From NCBI RefSeq assembly GCF_018977255.1, contig NW_024704743.1, positions 73,844,001 through 73,908,000 on the forward strand: a stretch of DNA of 64,000 nucleotides, in the 5' to 3' direction. This stretch comes from Callorhinchus milii (taxonomy: Eukaryota). The notes under the pieces are model-generated. The model ran no database searches. It worked only from the letters and a program-made list of their open reading frames with translations, and was not told where the DNA came from. The translations under genes were made by a program, and so were the position numbers. Shown here in pieces: positions 11,990 to 24,215 of the stretch. The stretch's first letter is position 1. Every line of letters begins with the position of its first letter.

Positions 11990-14520
11990 TTCTCGTTGCC
12001 TGCCCAGCTTGGACTACTAAAAGATTTTGGCTTTAAGGCAATTTCAACCTCCACCTAAACTCCCCTTGCACCACTTCTGCCGATTTCACTGCTCTCCTCC
12101 CTAAACCTTGCCCTCCATATAAATTCACCCACCCACAACCGTGGTCATGCACTTGACCTCGTCATCACCCATGGCCTTGACATTTCCGACCTCAGCATAG
12201 TGGACAAGGCCATCTCGGACCACTTTTTCATCTGCTTCTCTTCTCACATCCCTCTGTCCTCCACCAAGCCCTCAACAATCCTCTACCACCTTTGAAAATG
12301 CTACCCCCTGAGACCCTTACAAGGCCCTCTCATCATCAAACATCCTATCCCTCTGGCACTCTGCCCCCGGAGATCCTGAAGCAGCCATCCAGCTGCTCCA
12401 TTGTCGCATCTCCTCCACCTTCAACTCCCTCGTACCCCTGAAATCCAGGACCATCTTCAAACCCACCCGATCCCTCTGGTACAAAAATAATCTCCGCTGC
12501 CAAAAAACTCAAACCAGTCTGCTCGAGCGCAGATGGTGGAAAACTGGCCTGACAATTCACCACCAACTGTGGCTCGAGCATCTCCACAGCTACCACCGTT
12601 CTTTGACTCGTGCAAAAACGGCCTTCTACTCCAACATCATCTTGGAGGCTAAACACAACTCAAAAATCCTTTTTACCTCCACTGTGCGCCCCCTCAGGCC
12701 ACTTCAAACTTCATATCAAATGCCAGTGTGAGGAGGTCATGGACTTCTTTTCTTCTAAAATAGTTAACATCCGCTAGGCAGCCTCATCCACCTGCACCTT
12801 GTCACCCACCACCACACCCTCTCTGTCCCCCTCACCTTCCTCATCATCTGCTCCTACCACCACCCCCATTCTACGTTCCTTCTTCCCCATCTCTCCCTCG
12901 TCCCTCTCACCCACTATCACCTCCATGAAACCCACCACCTGCTGCCTCGACTCCCTCCCCACCAACTTACTGGTCACCCAGCTCCCCCTCCTCTGCCCAC
13001 TACTGGCTGACATCTCAACCAATCTCTCTCCTCCGGATCAGGCCCTGCCTCCCTCAAAACTGCTGTCATCACCCCCTCCTGAAAAACCCCTCCCTAAATC
13101 CCTCAAACCCCAGCCACTACCGCCCTATTTCTAACCTGCTCTTCCTCTCAAAAGTTCTAGAACGCGTCGTTGCCAACCAACTTCGCGCACACCTCTCCTC
13201 CCACTCCCTCTTCGAACCCCTCCAGTCTGGTCTCCGCCCTGCCCACAGTACAGAGACTGCGCTTGTGAAAGTCACAAATGACATCCTCTCTATCTGTGAC
13301 CAAGGCTCCCTCTGCCTCCTTGTCCTCCTGGACTTCTCCGCCGCATTCGACACAGTCGATCATGCCATCCTCCTCCACCGCCTTTCCTCCGTCATCCACC
13401 TCAGTGGGACCGCACTCGTCTGGTGCGAGTCCTACCTCACAAACCGCCAGCAGTACATCTGCACAAACGGCTTCTTTTCCCGCTCTCACCCGGTCACTTG
13501 CGGGGTACCCCAAGGATCCATTCTTGGCCCCCTCCTCTTTCTGATCTACATGCTCCCTCTTGGGGATGTCATCTGCAGACATGGGGTACATTTCTACATG
13601 TATGCAGATGACACCTGCACCTTTCCTTGCGACCCCCAGTACCCTGATGTTCTGTCAGCCTGCTTGTCAGATCTCAGGGGTTGGATGAGCGCAAACTTCG
13701 TTCAGCTGAATGTTGACAAGACGGAAGCCATACTCTTTGGCTCTCGTCAATGTCTAAAATCTCTCGGTTTTCACCTTCTTCACCTACCCGACCTCCCCCT
13801 AAAACTCTCCAAACCTGTACGCAACCTAGGCATCAGGTTCGACCCCCAATTATCCTTCCTCCTCCACATCCGGTCCCTCACCAGCACCGCCTTCTACCAC
13901 CTCCGACGCATCACCCGTCTCCGTCAATACCTCTCGCCAAAAGCCGCTGAAACCCTGGTCCATACCTTTGTCACCTCTCGGCTGGACTACTCCAATGCCC
14001 TCCTCCCATCCATAAAATCCAAATCATTCAGAACTCTGCTGCCCGCATTCTCACCCGCACGAAACTCCACTCCCCGATCACCCCAGTCCTTGCCAGACTG
14101 CACTGGCTGCCTATCCCAGAGAGGATTAATTTCAAGATCCTCACCCTTGTATTCAAGTCCCTGCACTCCTCTGCAACTCCCTACCTCTCTGACCTCCTCT
14201 CTCCTCAAAACAGTACCCATTGCCTTCATTCCTCCGGGTCTGGCTTCCTCCTTGTCCCCCGAGTTCTCCGCTCCACCCTCGGCGGCCGTGCCTTCAGCCA
14301 CTATGCCCCGAGGCTCTGGAACTTCCTTCCTCACTCCCTTTGTCTCGCTCCTTCCCTTCCCATTTTCAGGTCTCTGCTGAAGACCTTTTGTTTTCGACCG
14401 CGCCTTTGGTCACCTTCCTCCCCCTCCCCCTGGCTCGGCCCCGGATCCGTTACTGTAAAGCGCTCTGAGACGCCATCCAGCGTGGAGGGCGCTATATGAA
14501 TCCAAGTTGTTGTTGATGTT
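11990..14520 (+). mobile_element. L2-clade LINE, 5'-truncated, frameshifted (partial APE plus RT)
   Basis: GNFNLH (APE) near 12040; RT motifs LLDFSAAFDTVDH, GVPQGSILGPLLFLIYM, YADD in ORF 13265-14380; L2 stem-loop tail ending (GTT)n at about 14505-14520. Confidence 0.93.
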
Positions 14521-17500
14521 AACAAGAGCCGAGTGGTCCCCTTCAGAAATCCTATCAGAACACCCGTCAATCCAGGCAAACTCTGTTCCTAAAGTGTATT
14601 CCGGAGCTGAGTTCCTTTGGGTCAGTGTGACATATTTCCAATTACAGGAAAGACTCTGTATTTTTAACAACACAAAAGAAATACTGCAAATTAAACCTTG
14701 GGGTTCTTTTGTCTTTGGCATGCTCTGTATTTGTGATGCAAGATGAGATATTTAGTAAATGTGTGAATAGAAAATGCTAGAACATCAATGTTGTGATAAC
14801 CTTTTAGTGTTTTGACAATCTGTCTAAATAGGACAACTTGGATAATTTCTCTAGTCTTTAGCTTGTTCCAAGTGTCTGTCCAAGTGTTTGGCATTAGCTT
14901 AGGCTTAGGCTTCCTTGAAGCATTCAGTTCAGAAGGGTCACAGAGGAGGAACTGGGCTTTAAAGCAGGAACTTATTGTTGAATCAGTCCCAGGAAAGCCT
15001 CACGAGAATCAGCTACTCTGATATTATTGATAATAATCCTTGTATTTGATATATCACCTTATCACACCAATGAAATAGCTCCAAGTGCTTCATGGGATCT
15101 TAGTGTAAAGTGTGGTGACTGCATTTGTGGTTGAATGTGGCAGCCAATTTGTGAATACCAATATCTCACAAACACCCACAAAGTGAATGACCAATTTTAT
15201 CTGGAGGATTGTTAGCCAGGACACTAAAAGCAACTCCCTTCTCTTTTCAAATTGTGTCACTGGGTCTTTAACATCCACCTGAACAGGCAGACGTTTCATT
15301 ATTCAACTGCAAATTCAAACACTTTACATGGTCATTCGTAAACAGTTTGATTAAGAAACAGTTAATTGTTTGCTGGTTCATCAAAGCAGTTAAAGTTTAC
15401 CGATACATTTCTATACCTTGAAAAAAACATTAATTTTATGAGAACAACTGATGTTATTTCTACGGAAACCAATCAAAAACATTGATTCACGCAGTTGGCT
15501 TCAATAAAACATTGTTCAACAACAATTTACATTTAGATAGCACCTTTCGTGTTTCAATATCTCAAAGCATCTTACAAAGGCCGAGCAGCAGGCTGAGCTT
15601 AGGGGAGACACAGACAAAGACACAGTTATAGAGGTAGTTTGTCACAAACTCGGGTCTCACTGAGTTTTACCTGACCCCAGATCAACTTTGAACCAAGACC
15701 TTTACAGACACTTTAACTGCACAGGATTGCTCCGTATTGTGAAAACGCTATCAAAATCTGATTTGTTGTTGTTACTTTGCGTAAATTGTTTTTCATATTC
15801 GCCTACAAACAATAACAACAAATTGCATTTATATGTGGTGTAGTGTCTTGGAGCATTTAACAGTGACGGAGCTTGACTCACAATCACTTTACAGTATTTA
15901 CTTTACTGTAAATCCCGTGAAATGCTTCGCCGACTGAAAAGTGCTAAATGAAATGCAAGGATTATTATCAGTCAAGTTTCAGCGTACATCAGTTCTGATA
16001 TAGATTCAAGAGGTATTAACAATGCTTTTCCCCTGGAAAATCTTCAATATATGTTTTCTGTTAGTAAAATGTAAGGTGCTGCCAAACAGTACATTTTAAA
16101 GAGTTGTCATCAGAGCGGTTCCTGAGTGCCAGAAACTCAGTCACAAACCATGAAATGTATAATTGGTGACGTTACATGGCTGGTGTGATCTCCTTCTATT
16201 AAAACCCTGCAGATGGAGGCTAGCTTTCTGTGTTGTTTTACAAAAAGATTTTTGGGGCACTTTGAAAACTGCAATTTCCACCTTAAAGCCGAGTGCATTT
16301 CCCTACGCCAAGCTCAGTGCTTGGAAAGATGCTGTGGAGATCCCATGATTCGTAACCTGCTACCTTTGTGATCTGCTAAATCCATACAGACTTGTCCGTT
16401 TCCTCCACTCAGCAGACTCTGGCCTGCTTCTTGTCACCTGCTCCACCATCGATGGTCAGGCCTTCAGCCTCTCTGCCCTCACTCCATTCCACAGTCCGTT
16501 TGCCTCGTTCCGTGCCTTGCCTCCTTCAAGGCCCATTTCAAGACTCTCCTCTTCGACCACACATTTGGTCATCCTCCTAGCCCTACTCTCCCTGCCCTCC
16601 ACCCTCTCTGATCCCAATTCCCTGCTCGGGTCCAAATCCTTGACTGCCCAGTACCTTGAGAAGTCCTCCTGATGTGAAAGGCACTTTACAAATGTAATTT
16701 GTTGTTGAAGAGGGAGCGCTATAATTGGTCTCAGCATCACAGATGAGGACAATATTGTGCTCACCTGTGATTCAACCACAACAGCAACTTGCATTTATAT
16801 AGCTCCCTTCACACAAGTAGCGTCTTGGGGTTCTCCTGCAGTGGATGCTCCTGCTGCCTCTGCTCACTGTCAAGGTTCACAGGTCAATTTCATGGTCACT
16901 TAGGAGGGGTACCAGAGGGTGTCAGAACCCACAGAGCCAAATTAACCCAGTAAAAAAGAAAAGGATTTAGATACGTGTGTCAAATCACAAGAGAAAATAA
17001 ATGTGAGAGGAAATTGGTGAGAAATTGAAATTATTTTCTGTGTTTGCCTTCCGTTCTCTCCCTAGCATCTTAGTAAAACCTCTTTAACTAATCTTGTTGA
17101 TTGGTGCTGAATCACAGTAGATGCAGTGCATCCTGCTGGGTAATAAACAGCAGGAGTGTGGGAAATGTCAACAGTTTAGGTAAAGGGGCTACTGGCGAGA
17201 GTATTAATTTACTAAGATACCAATTCCCAGTACTACTGTTAAGCTGTAAATGTGTTTGCTGTGTTATTTTCTCTTTCCTGAAATCAGTTGATCTGTTCAG
17301 TGAGCTTTCTGTGTGCTGACCTTAGGAAGAAGGTCTACAGAGAGGACTGGGGTTCTTTCTCTTTGTTGTAAACCCAACAGGAACTCCATTAAAGAGACTA
17401 CCCTTTGAAAGGAGAAAAAATGTTCCTTTATGTATTCTAACTAATACAATCTATACATGTTCTTTTGGTTTGGTGCAATGGACACAGCTGCTCCTACAGA

Positions 17501-18034
17501 TGTTTCCTCTAAAACGAAAGAATTGATAATAGACTATGAATTTGGAAAAACTCGTACAGGCTCAAGTGCATCTGTAAACTGGGGCCCATTCTGTGAAAGA
17601 ATTTAAAGCAATCTATCTTGTCTATGAGACGCAACTTGTTTGAAAGTTGCGGTTGCACACTCCAAATATTTATTTCACCTTGTCAGCTGGAACTCGCAGT
17701 TTACTTTTTAAAGTCCTCAATCTCCGGTTCATGCAGTTTCTGACGCCAAGTTACATGCCAGTGTCCTGGTCTGTTGATACAATAGCACATCTCAGCCTCT
17801 GAAACTCTATCATTTCCATGTAATCGGTGACAGTGTGACACTGGTTACATAGTTGTAAATAAATATTTCTTCTCTCAAGTACCAATTGCTTTGCAAAAGG
17901 AATATTTACTGATGACAAGACAATTAAACCACTGAATTTATAATAACCCTTGCATTTGATGTACTTCTTTTACATCAGGAAGATGTCACAAAGTGCTTCA
18001 CAGGATTTATTATAAGGTGTATTTGTAGTAGAAC

Positions 18035-18096
18035 TACACACAGCGATATCCCAAAGCCAAATTACACATAGCGTTATCCCAAAGCCAAATTACACA
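18035..18096. repeat. 28-bp tandem duplication inside a SINE remnant
   Basis: tacaca(c/t)agcg(a/t)tatcccaaagccaaat twice plus a partial third copy. Confidence 0.85.
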
Positions 18097-18192
18097 ATGA
18101 AGTGAATGACGATTTTATTAGAGGGATTTTTGGCCAGGGTTTTTTTCAGTGCTGATCACCAGATTTACCATCGCCTTATTCATTCTGCACAG

Positions 18193-18398
18193 GTTGGATG
18201 ATGTTTTAGTTGGTGCCCCTCTTTTCATGGATCGTGAATCTGATGGAAAGTTGAAGGAAGTGGGACAGGTCTACTTGTTCCTGCAAGAAGAGGCATTCCA
18301 ATTCCAAGATCCTCAGAAACTATTAGGGACTGACGTATTTGGCAGATATGGAAGTGCCATAGCATCTTTGGCAGATTTGAACCACGATGGATATAACG
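18193..18398 (+). CDS. ITGA8: ITGA8 exon (probable exon 12), 206 bp
   Basis: cacag|GTTGG...AACG|gtacac; LDDVLVGAPLFMDRESDGKLKEVGQVYLFLQEEAFQFQDPQKLLGTDVFGRYGSAIASLADLNHDGYN(D); FG-GAP repeats. Confidence 0.96.
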
Positions 18399-20399
18399 GT
18401 ACACTCTTTGTCAATCCCTTCTAATGTTAGTAATAATATGCTTTCAGCCACTAGACCCTGGATCTTTGTAAACCTTTGTTTCAATCCCTCTGTCTTTCCC
18501 TCTATTTGCCCACCTTCAACTCACTTTCCACTTCCACCGTGCCTTCAGTCATCTCTCCTCTTTTTCCAGTGTCAAACCACACCACTGTTAAGCGCTTCAA
18601 GACATTACTCGCGTGACGTCAATATATAGATGCAAGTTGTTGTTGTTGATGTATTAATACCCTTCACAACCCTGAACTGGTGCTCTCTTTATCTGGATCG
18701 TTGGTGGTTATGAAAGTAGACTGGAAAGAGTCCAAACTCAAATGATGTTATTGTTGTGTTGTTTCAAAACTTACATAAGCACAGAAGGAAAAAAAAGTCT
18801 GTCTGACGTCTCCAGTAAAGGAGGCGTAACGTTTAGTGGATTATTTCCAGTTCTAGGTACTTTATACTGAATCTTTCTTGAGAGATGTAAGACATGGAGA
18901 CGTGATAAATATATTTGGTTTTTCATACTGTTTTTATTCTCCCTCCCTCCTCTTTCAAAGTACATCACAAACCTTACCTCTTGGACCATGCATTCAGTCA
19001 TGTTTTCCCTCCCCTCCTTATTTGGCTCCCATCCCTAGCTCAGGTGCCCCATCCAGCATTTTTACGTGCTTTGAGATGTTCTCCCAAAGTGAAAGATATT
19101 ATATTAGTGTAGATTGTATTGTATGCCTCTGGAGACCAATCCATTGAATGTCTGTATCTCTCCCTACTTACTTCAGTGCTGGGGTCCTGGTGCTCCAAAG
19201 AGGCCTTATTGATTTTTAATGGAATCAGAATATTGGACAATCTGGGGTGTGGGTGTCCATTCTTTTTTATTGGATATCTGAAATGGAAAACATTGGCGCA
19301 AATATAAGCAGATAGCTTTTCCTCTGGAAGAGGCAAACACTGAGCTCTTGTTTACTAATTCTTTCTAATTTCCTTGACATGTTTCTGATATATGTGAAAA
19401 AACAATGCTGCATTTATCCTACTGGCAGTCAAATGATATCATTTGAATCATACTTCCCACTCCTCATTGCAGCAACATTGGGAGCAAATACAGCAGAACA
19501 CTCACTCTTCACCATTGTCAAAAGTTCCCGTTGATAGCCTTTGGGCAGTTCAATCGCAAGATCACATGAACACTCGAGAGTTCTTGGTGAACGACAGAGG
19601 AGCAAGCCCAGTTCAGTGTACATTCACTGCAGAGGGTGTGAATCCTAATGCACCTGAATACACCAACCTTCCAGTAGTGTCTGGAGCAGTGACGCTGACA
19701 TAATACAGTATAATCTGGTGTATTGAATGGTGCATTGATGCTGAATGTGCAGCCCTAATGTGCACAATTGTGCTCTTTTACTGGCAACATTTTCCTGAAG
19801 TTTGGCTTTCCACTAAAAATGTAAATGTTCTAGACTAGAAAGGTATGACATTTGCTGTCCATTCCTGCTCTGTTCTAGGATCAAGCCATGTTTTGCCTCT
19901 TCGATAAGACTGGTTAATTCTAATTTTTTCTTACATTAAGATTGGGAAGATGTGTATCTAAAGGTAGAAGGAACTTTGTGAGACTAGATAAACTAAACAT
20001 TGTTCTATATTTGACTAAAATTGTTACTGTGCCCCCGAGGAAAAATAAAGTATGGGATATTTATCACTTTGACCAATAGGAACTCTGTCCTGGAAGTAGA
20101 TTGCATTTGGGTGCAGTTCTCATGGGTTGGTATAATGTACAATACAAAATTACATTTGTAAGGTATCTTTCACATCAGGTGAACGTCTCAAGACGCTGGA
20201 TATACTTCCTGATATCGGAAAGTGTCCCCATTTGTGAAACTCAGATTCCCTTTATTAATATCACAAATGAGATCCCCATATTTATTGCATCAAATGTTTT
20301 TAGTGCCTTTATCTTATATTTGATGAAAGCTCTGGTAAGTTTCACTCTGCTTTCTAATATAAACCCTGCTTCTTTTTTAAAACTTCTTTTGATGTCTAG

Positions 20400-20591
20400 A
20401 TATTGCAATTGGTGTACCATTTGCTGGTGACGATGGGAGAGGCAAAGTCCTGATCTATAATGGCCAAAGCACTGGTCTAAATCCTAAACCTTCACAGGTT
20501 CTTGAGGAACAGTGGTCATCCCAGGCCATACCTTCTGGATTTGGCTTTACATTGCGGGGCGCCTCGGACATTGACAGGAATGACTACCCAG
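20400..20591 (+). CDS. ITGA8: ITGA8 exon (probable exon 13), 192 bp
   Basis: tctag|ATATT...CCAG|gtaaga; (D)IAIGVPFAGDDGRGKVLIYNGQSTGLNPKPSQVLEEQWSSQAIPSGFGFTLRGASDIDRNDYP(D). Confidence 0.96.
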
Positions 20592-20853
20592 GTAAGAGAA
20601 CTGACCTTTTTATACATCTATGATGATATATTACTATGGCAAAACAATAACCTCAGTTATACTGCACATTTAGTGTTGGTGGGTATGATCCTTTGTACCA
20701 CACAAATGTCAAATGTGCAGTACGTCGCTGTCAATTTTACAACACTAAAGTTTCTCCCTAGGAATGAGATAGAGAAAGTAGTAGCCCTTTAATGCAGCAC
20801 AGCAGCTACACTATGTCTACATGTGAACTATCAGTGAGTAAATTCACTATACT

Positions 20854-21090
20854 AGGTTGGAAATTACACTTTGTCTTAATCTGTAAGACCATTTTGTCTC
20901 AAAACGTAAAATTGTGCAGATTTGGGGAAAGTTGTTGAATTCAGTCTTAATTTGGAAGCTGGTTATTTTTAAGAATTTTAGCTTTCAAATTCTGATTTTA
21001 TTTAAGATTAGTTAAAGTTCACAATTGTACGCAATCTTAGAGATGAAGACAAATAATTTTACAAGCTAAAACGAGGTGGAATTTTAGGCC
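20854..21090. mobile_element. Palindromic non-autonomous DNA transposon (MITE-like)
   Basis: Left gaaattacactttgtcttaatctgtaagaccattttgtct mirrors right agacaaataattttacaagctaaaacgaggtggaattttaggcc; related copies at 35787-36113, 36601-37780 (split), 45279-45514, 52110-52288, 55880-56100. Confidence 0.7.
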
Positions 21091-21129
21091 TCTGATGTGT
21101 GACTGAACTAGACAGACTAGGAATGCCAT

Positions 21130-21440
21130 TGGTTCCATTCCTGTGGTCACTGCTGAGTCAATTGATATCAGCCAGGAAGTGGAGGTGGCCTGACAATTGG
21201 CCTCAGTTCCCCTGGGCTAATAAGGGGACAAATCAGCCAGAGTTCATGCTCCTGATTAATATTCATTGACCATGTGCTGGAAAGTGTGCATGGACATTGG
21301 ATAAGGACACGATTGGGCTTGCCAACACTCAGGGTCCAGGCTGTCACAGAAATAGTGGACGATTTGAGTAGAATACAGGGACTGCTGCTTGAGGTAATGT
21401 AACTTAATATGAGTTAGTACCTTTAGGGGAGAAGGGGATA
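21130..21440 (+). mobile_element. Old SINE-like interspersed repeat (family not named)
   Basis: tgctgagtcaattgatatcagcc...caattggcctcagt...aaatcagccagagttcatgctcctgat...tgctggaaagtg; reverse-strand relatives at about 30690-31020 and 53170-53335. Confidence 0.6.
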
Positions 21441-21997
21441 GGAGGAATTGGCTGCTTCTAAGTTCTTCTACGTCATTGCAAATCTCACTGGCACTTGGAG
21501 ACGGTGTGAAGGATGGGATTTGAAAAAGCGCTTAAACATTGTAAACACCAGAAAAAGGGCTTCACAGTGAAACTTCGTTTTTTGCAGGGAAATCCTGTAT
21601 GTCAAACCAATTGGAAGGAACTGGCCTGATAACCCATCAGATCCAAAGACTTGTGACTTATTGTGATGTTTCAAAGTGCTCTCGGTAGAAACCCTGTTTA
21701 CCCACGAGACAAATTTTCCTGTGGTTACACTGCTCAAAAGCTTTTTCAGCTTCAGTAATTAACACTCCATGGATAACTCAGAGTACATGTGTATGTGGTT
21801 CTGCCTTTGCCATCAATGACTGCAAAGCACAGTATATCACAGCTGCCATTTATTTACTTTTGGTCAGACACAGAAATGCATCGCCATGTTCCAAATCGAA
21901 CAACTGAGAGTTCCACATTGTGTATGTTTCCATTTGTTTTGCATGGAGCATGCACTCTCTCTCCAGCACCCTGCTTACATAATCCTAGAGCCTTTAT

Positions 21998-22308
21998 GTG
22001 GAGTCCTGTAGCTCAGTGGTTAGAGCACTCGCCTTGCAAACGAGAGACCTGAGTTCAACTCCAGACAGGACGAAACCTTGGGCAAGTTTCCTTACTCCAC
22101 ACGCCTAATAATAATCCCTCCAAAAAACAAAATAATAAATTGTTAATTTTCAATCCACGACTGTTTGTGGAACACTAGCAATTGGCTGCCGTGTTTCACC
22201 CACAAATATACAGTCAATTCATTTTACAGTATATTCTGTGAAGCACTTTGAGACGTCTAGAAGACGTGAAAAGCGCTATATCAAATGCAAGGATTATTAT
22301 TATTATTT
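21998..22308 (+). mobile_element. tRNA-Ala-derived SINE (short, internally deleted form)
   Basis: A box TAGCTCAGTGG, TGC anticodon loop, B box GTTCAACTCC, L2-type tail plus (TTA)n. Confidence 0.9.
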
Positions 22309-22358
22309 ATGCACTGGCTGGAAAGAGCAAAAGCATGGAGACTCCACAGTTTGCATTA

Positions 22359-24215
22359 ACAACAACAAAATACAACAACCAAATTACATTTTAAAGCACT
22401 TTTCACATTGGGAGGACGTCTTAAGGCGCTGGACTATCAGTGTTTGGGACCTGACCTGGGGGTCGAGATCGGGGAGGGAGGAGAGTAGCGAGGAGGGAGG
22501 GTGACCGAAGGCACTGTCAAAGAGGAGGGTTCTTGAGTCCCGTCTTGAAGGAGGTAAGGGAGGGGCAGAGGGATTGTGGGATGGAATTCCAGAGGGTGGA
22601 AGGCCCACCCGCCTTTGTTGGTATGGGTGAGGCAGGGGATGTGAAGCAAGCTGGAGCCCACTGAGCGGAGGGAGCAGGCAGGATGGTAGAGGAGGTTGCA
22701 GAGGTAGGGAGAAGCGAGGCCATGGAGGGCTTTGAAAATGAGGACCACGATCTTGAACTGTATCCTCTGTATGATGGGAAGCCAGTGGAGTCGGGTGATA
22801 GGGTCGCGGAGCCTGGTGGGGGAGAGGACACGGGCTGCAGAGTTCTGGATGATCTGGAACCTATGGAGGGAGGATTTAGGGAGGCCAACAAGCAGGGAGT
22901 TTGCATAATCGAGCCTGGATGTTATGAATGCGTGTATAAGGGTCTCGGCGGCCTGCGGTGTGAGGCAGTGACGGAGCCAGGCAATGTTGTGGAGGTGAGG
23001 GTAGGCAGAGCGGGTCAAGGACAGAACCATGAAGGTTGAGGTGAGAGGGGAGGTGGTGGAGGAGGATAGGGTCGTCAAAGGTATCGAAGGCAGCAGAGAG
23101 GTCAAGGAGGATGAGGAGGCAGAGGGAGTACTGGTCGCAGATGGACAAAATGTAATTTGGTGCTTTGACTGAAGCTATTTCTGTGCTGTGGTCGGTATGG
23201 AAACCCAATTGGAGGAGTTTGTGAAGGGAGTGGCCAGAGAGGAAGAAACAAAGCTGTGAAGCTCATTGCAGGACCTTGGAAAGGAAAGGGAGGTTGAACA
23301 TGGGGAGGTAATTTGAGACCAGGGATGGATCCAGGGAGGGTTTTTTTTAAAGATAGGAATGATGACAACTGTTTTTAAAGGTGTGGGAATGGTGCTAGTG
23401 AACACGAAGATGTTTATGATGTCTGAGTAGGGAGATAAGGAGAGAGGTAGGGATGGGGTTGAGGGAGCAGGTGGTTGGTTTCATGCGGGTTATAGTGGTG
23501 GTGAGAAGGAAGGGGAAACAGGTTCACAGGTATGGAGGGAGGCATGGGTAGGGGCTGGGGTGTGAGGGGGAGATGGGTAGGGAGTGGTGGTCAGACGTTG
23601 CAGAGGCAGCTGAGCGGATCCCCTCGACTTTGGTTTTGAGGAAGTCCAGCAACTCCTCGCAGTGGAGGAGCGGATGGGGGAGGCATGAAAGGGTGGAAGG
23701 AGGAACTGGTTGGTGATGGAGAAGAGGAGGCTGGGATTGTCCTTGGTCTCCAAGATTGTCTTGGAGTAAAAGAATGATTTAGCGGAGGCAAAGGCGGAGC
23801 AGTAAAATTTGATGAGGTCCAGCTGGATCTGCTGATGGACTGTTAAGTTAAATTTGAGCCAAGTGCATTCGGCAGCACACACTTAAGGTAGCGGAGGTGG
23901 CTGGTGTACCAGGGTGACTTCCATGAGTAGGAGGCGGTTCGGGAAGTGAGGGAGCAAGGGCATCGAGATTGGTAGAGAGGGAATTATGGAGGAGAGTGAC
24001 TGAGGAGAATAATAATAATCCTTGCATTTGATGTGCAAGGATAGGTTATTGTGGGAGGAAGCCCAGAGGTGGAGGAGTTCAGATGACTCCAAGGCAGCAG
24101 AGAGGAAGGGGGGAGATTTTTTTCCAGGGCTGGTAGGAGATGGAGATGGCAGTGGGGAGAGGGATTGAGGAGTTAAGGCAGATGAAGTAATGGTCCTTCC
24201 GAGATGGACTATTAC
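22359..24215 (-). mobile_element. L2-clade LINE, truncated and internally deleted
   Basis: ORF fragments AETLIHAFITSRLDYANSLL, QIIQNSAARVL, LHWLPIIQRIQFKI, LLDLSAAFDT; (CAA)n tail at left end. Confidence 0.9.

Noticed and set aside
13265..14380. 371-aa ORF, longest in the window, as a possible functional or domesticated RT
   Set aside because: Fragment of a frameshifted L2 ORF2; upstream part has stops and the C-terminus runs out of frame.
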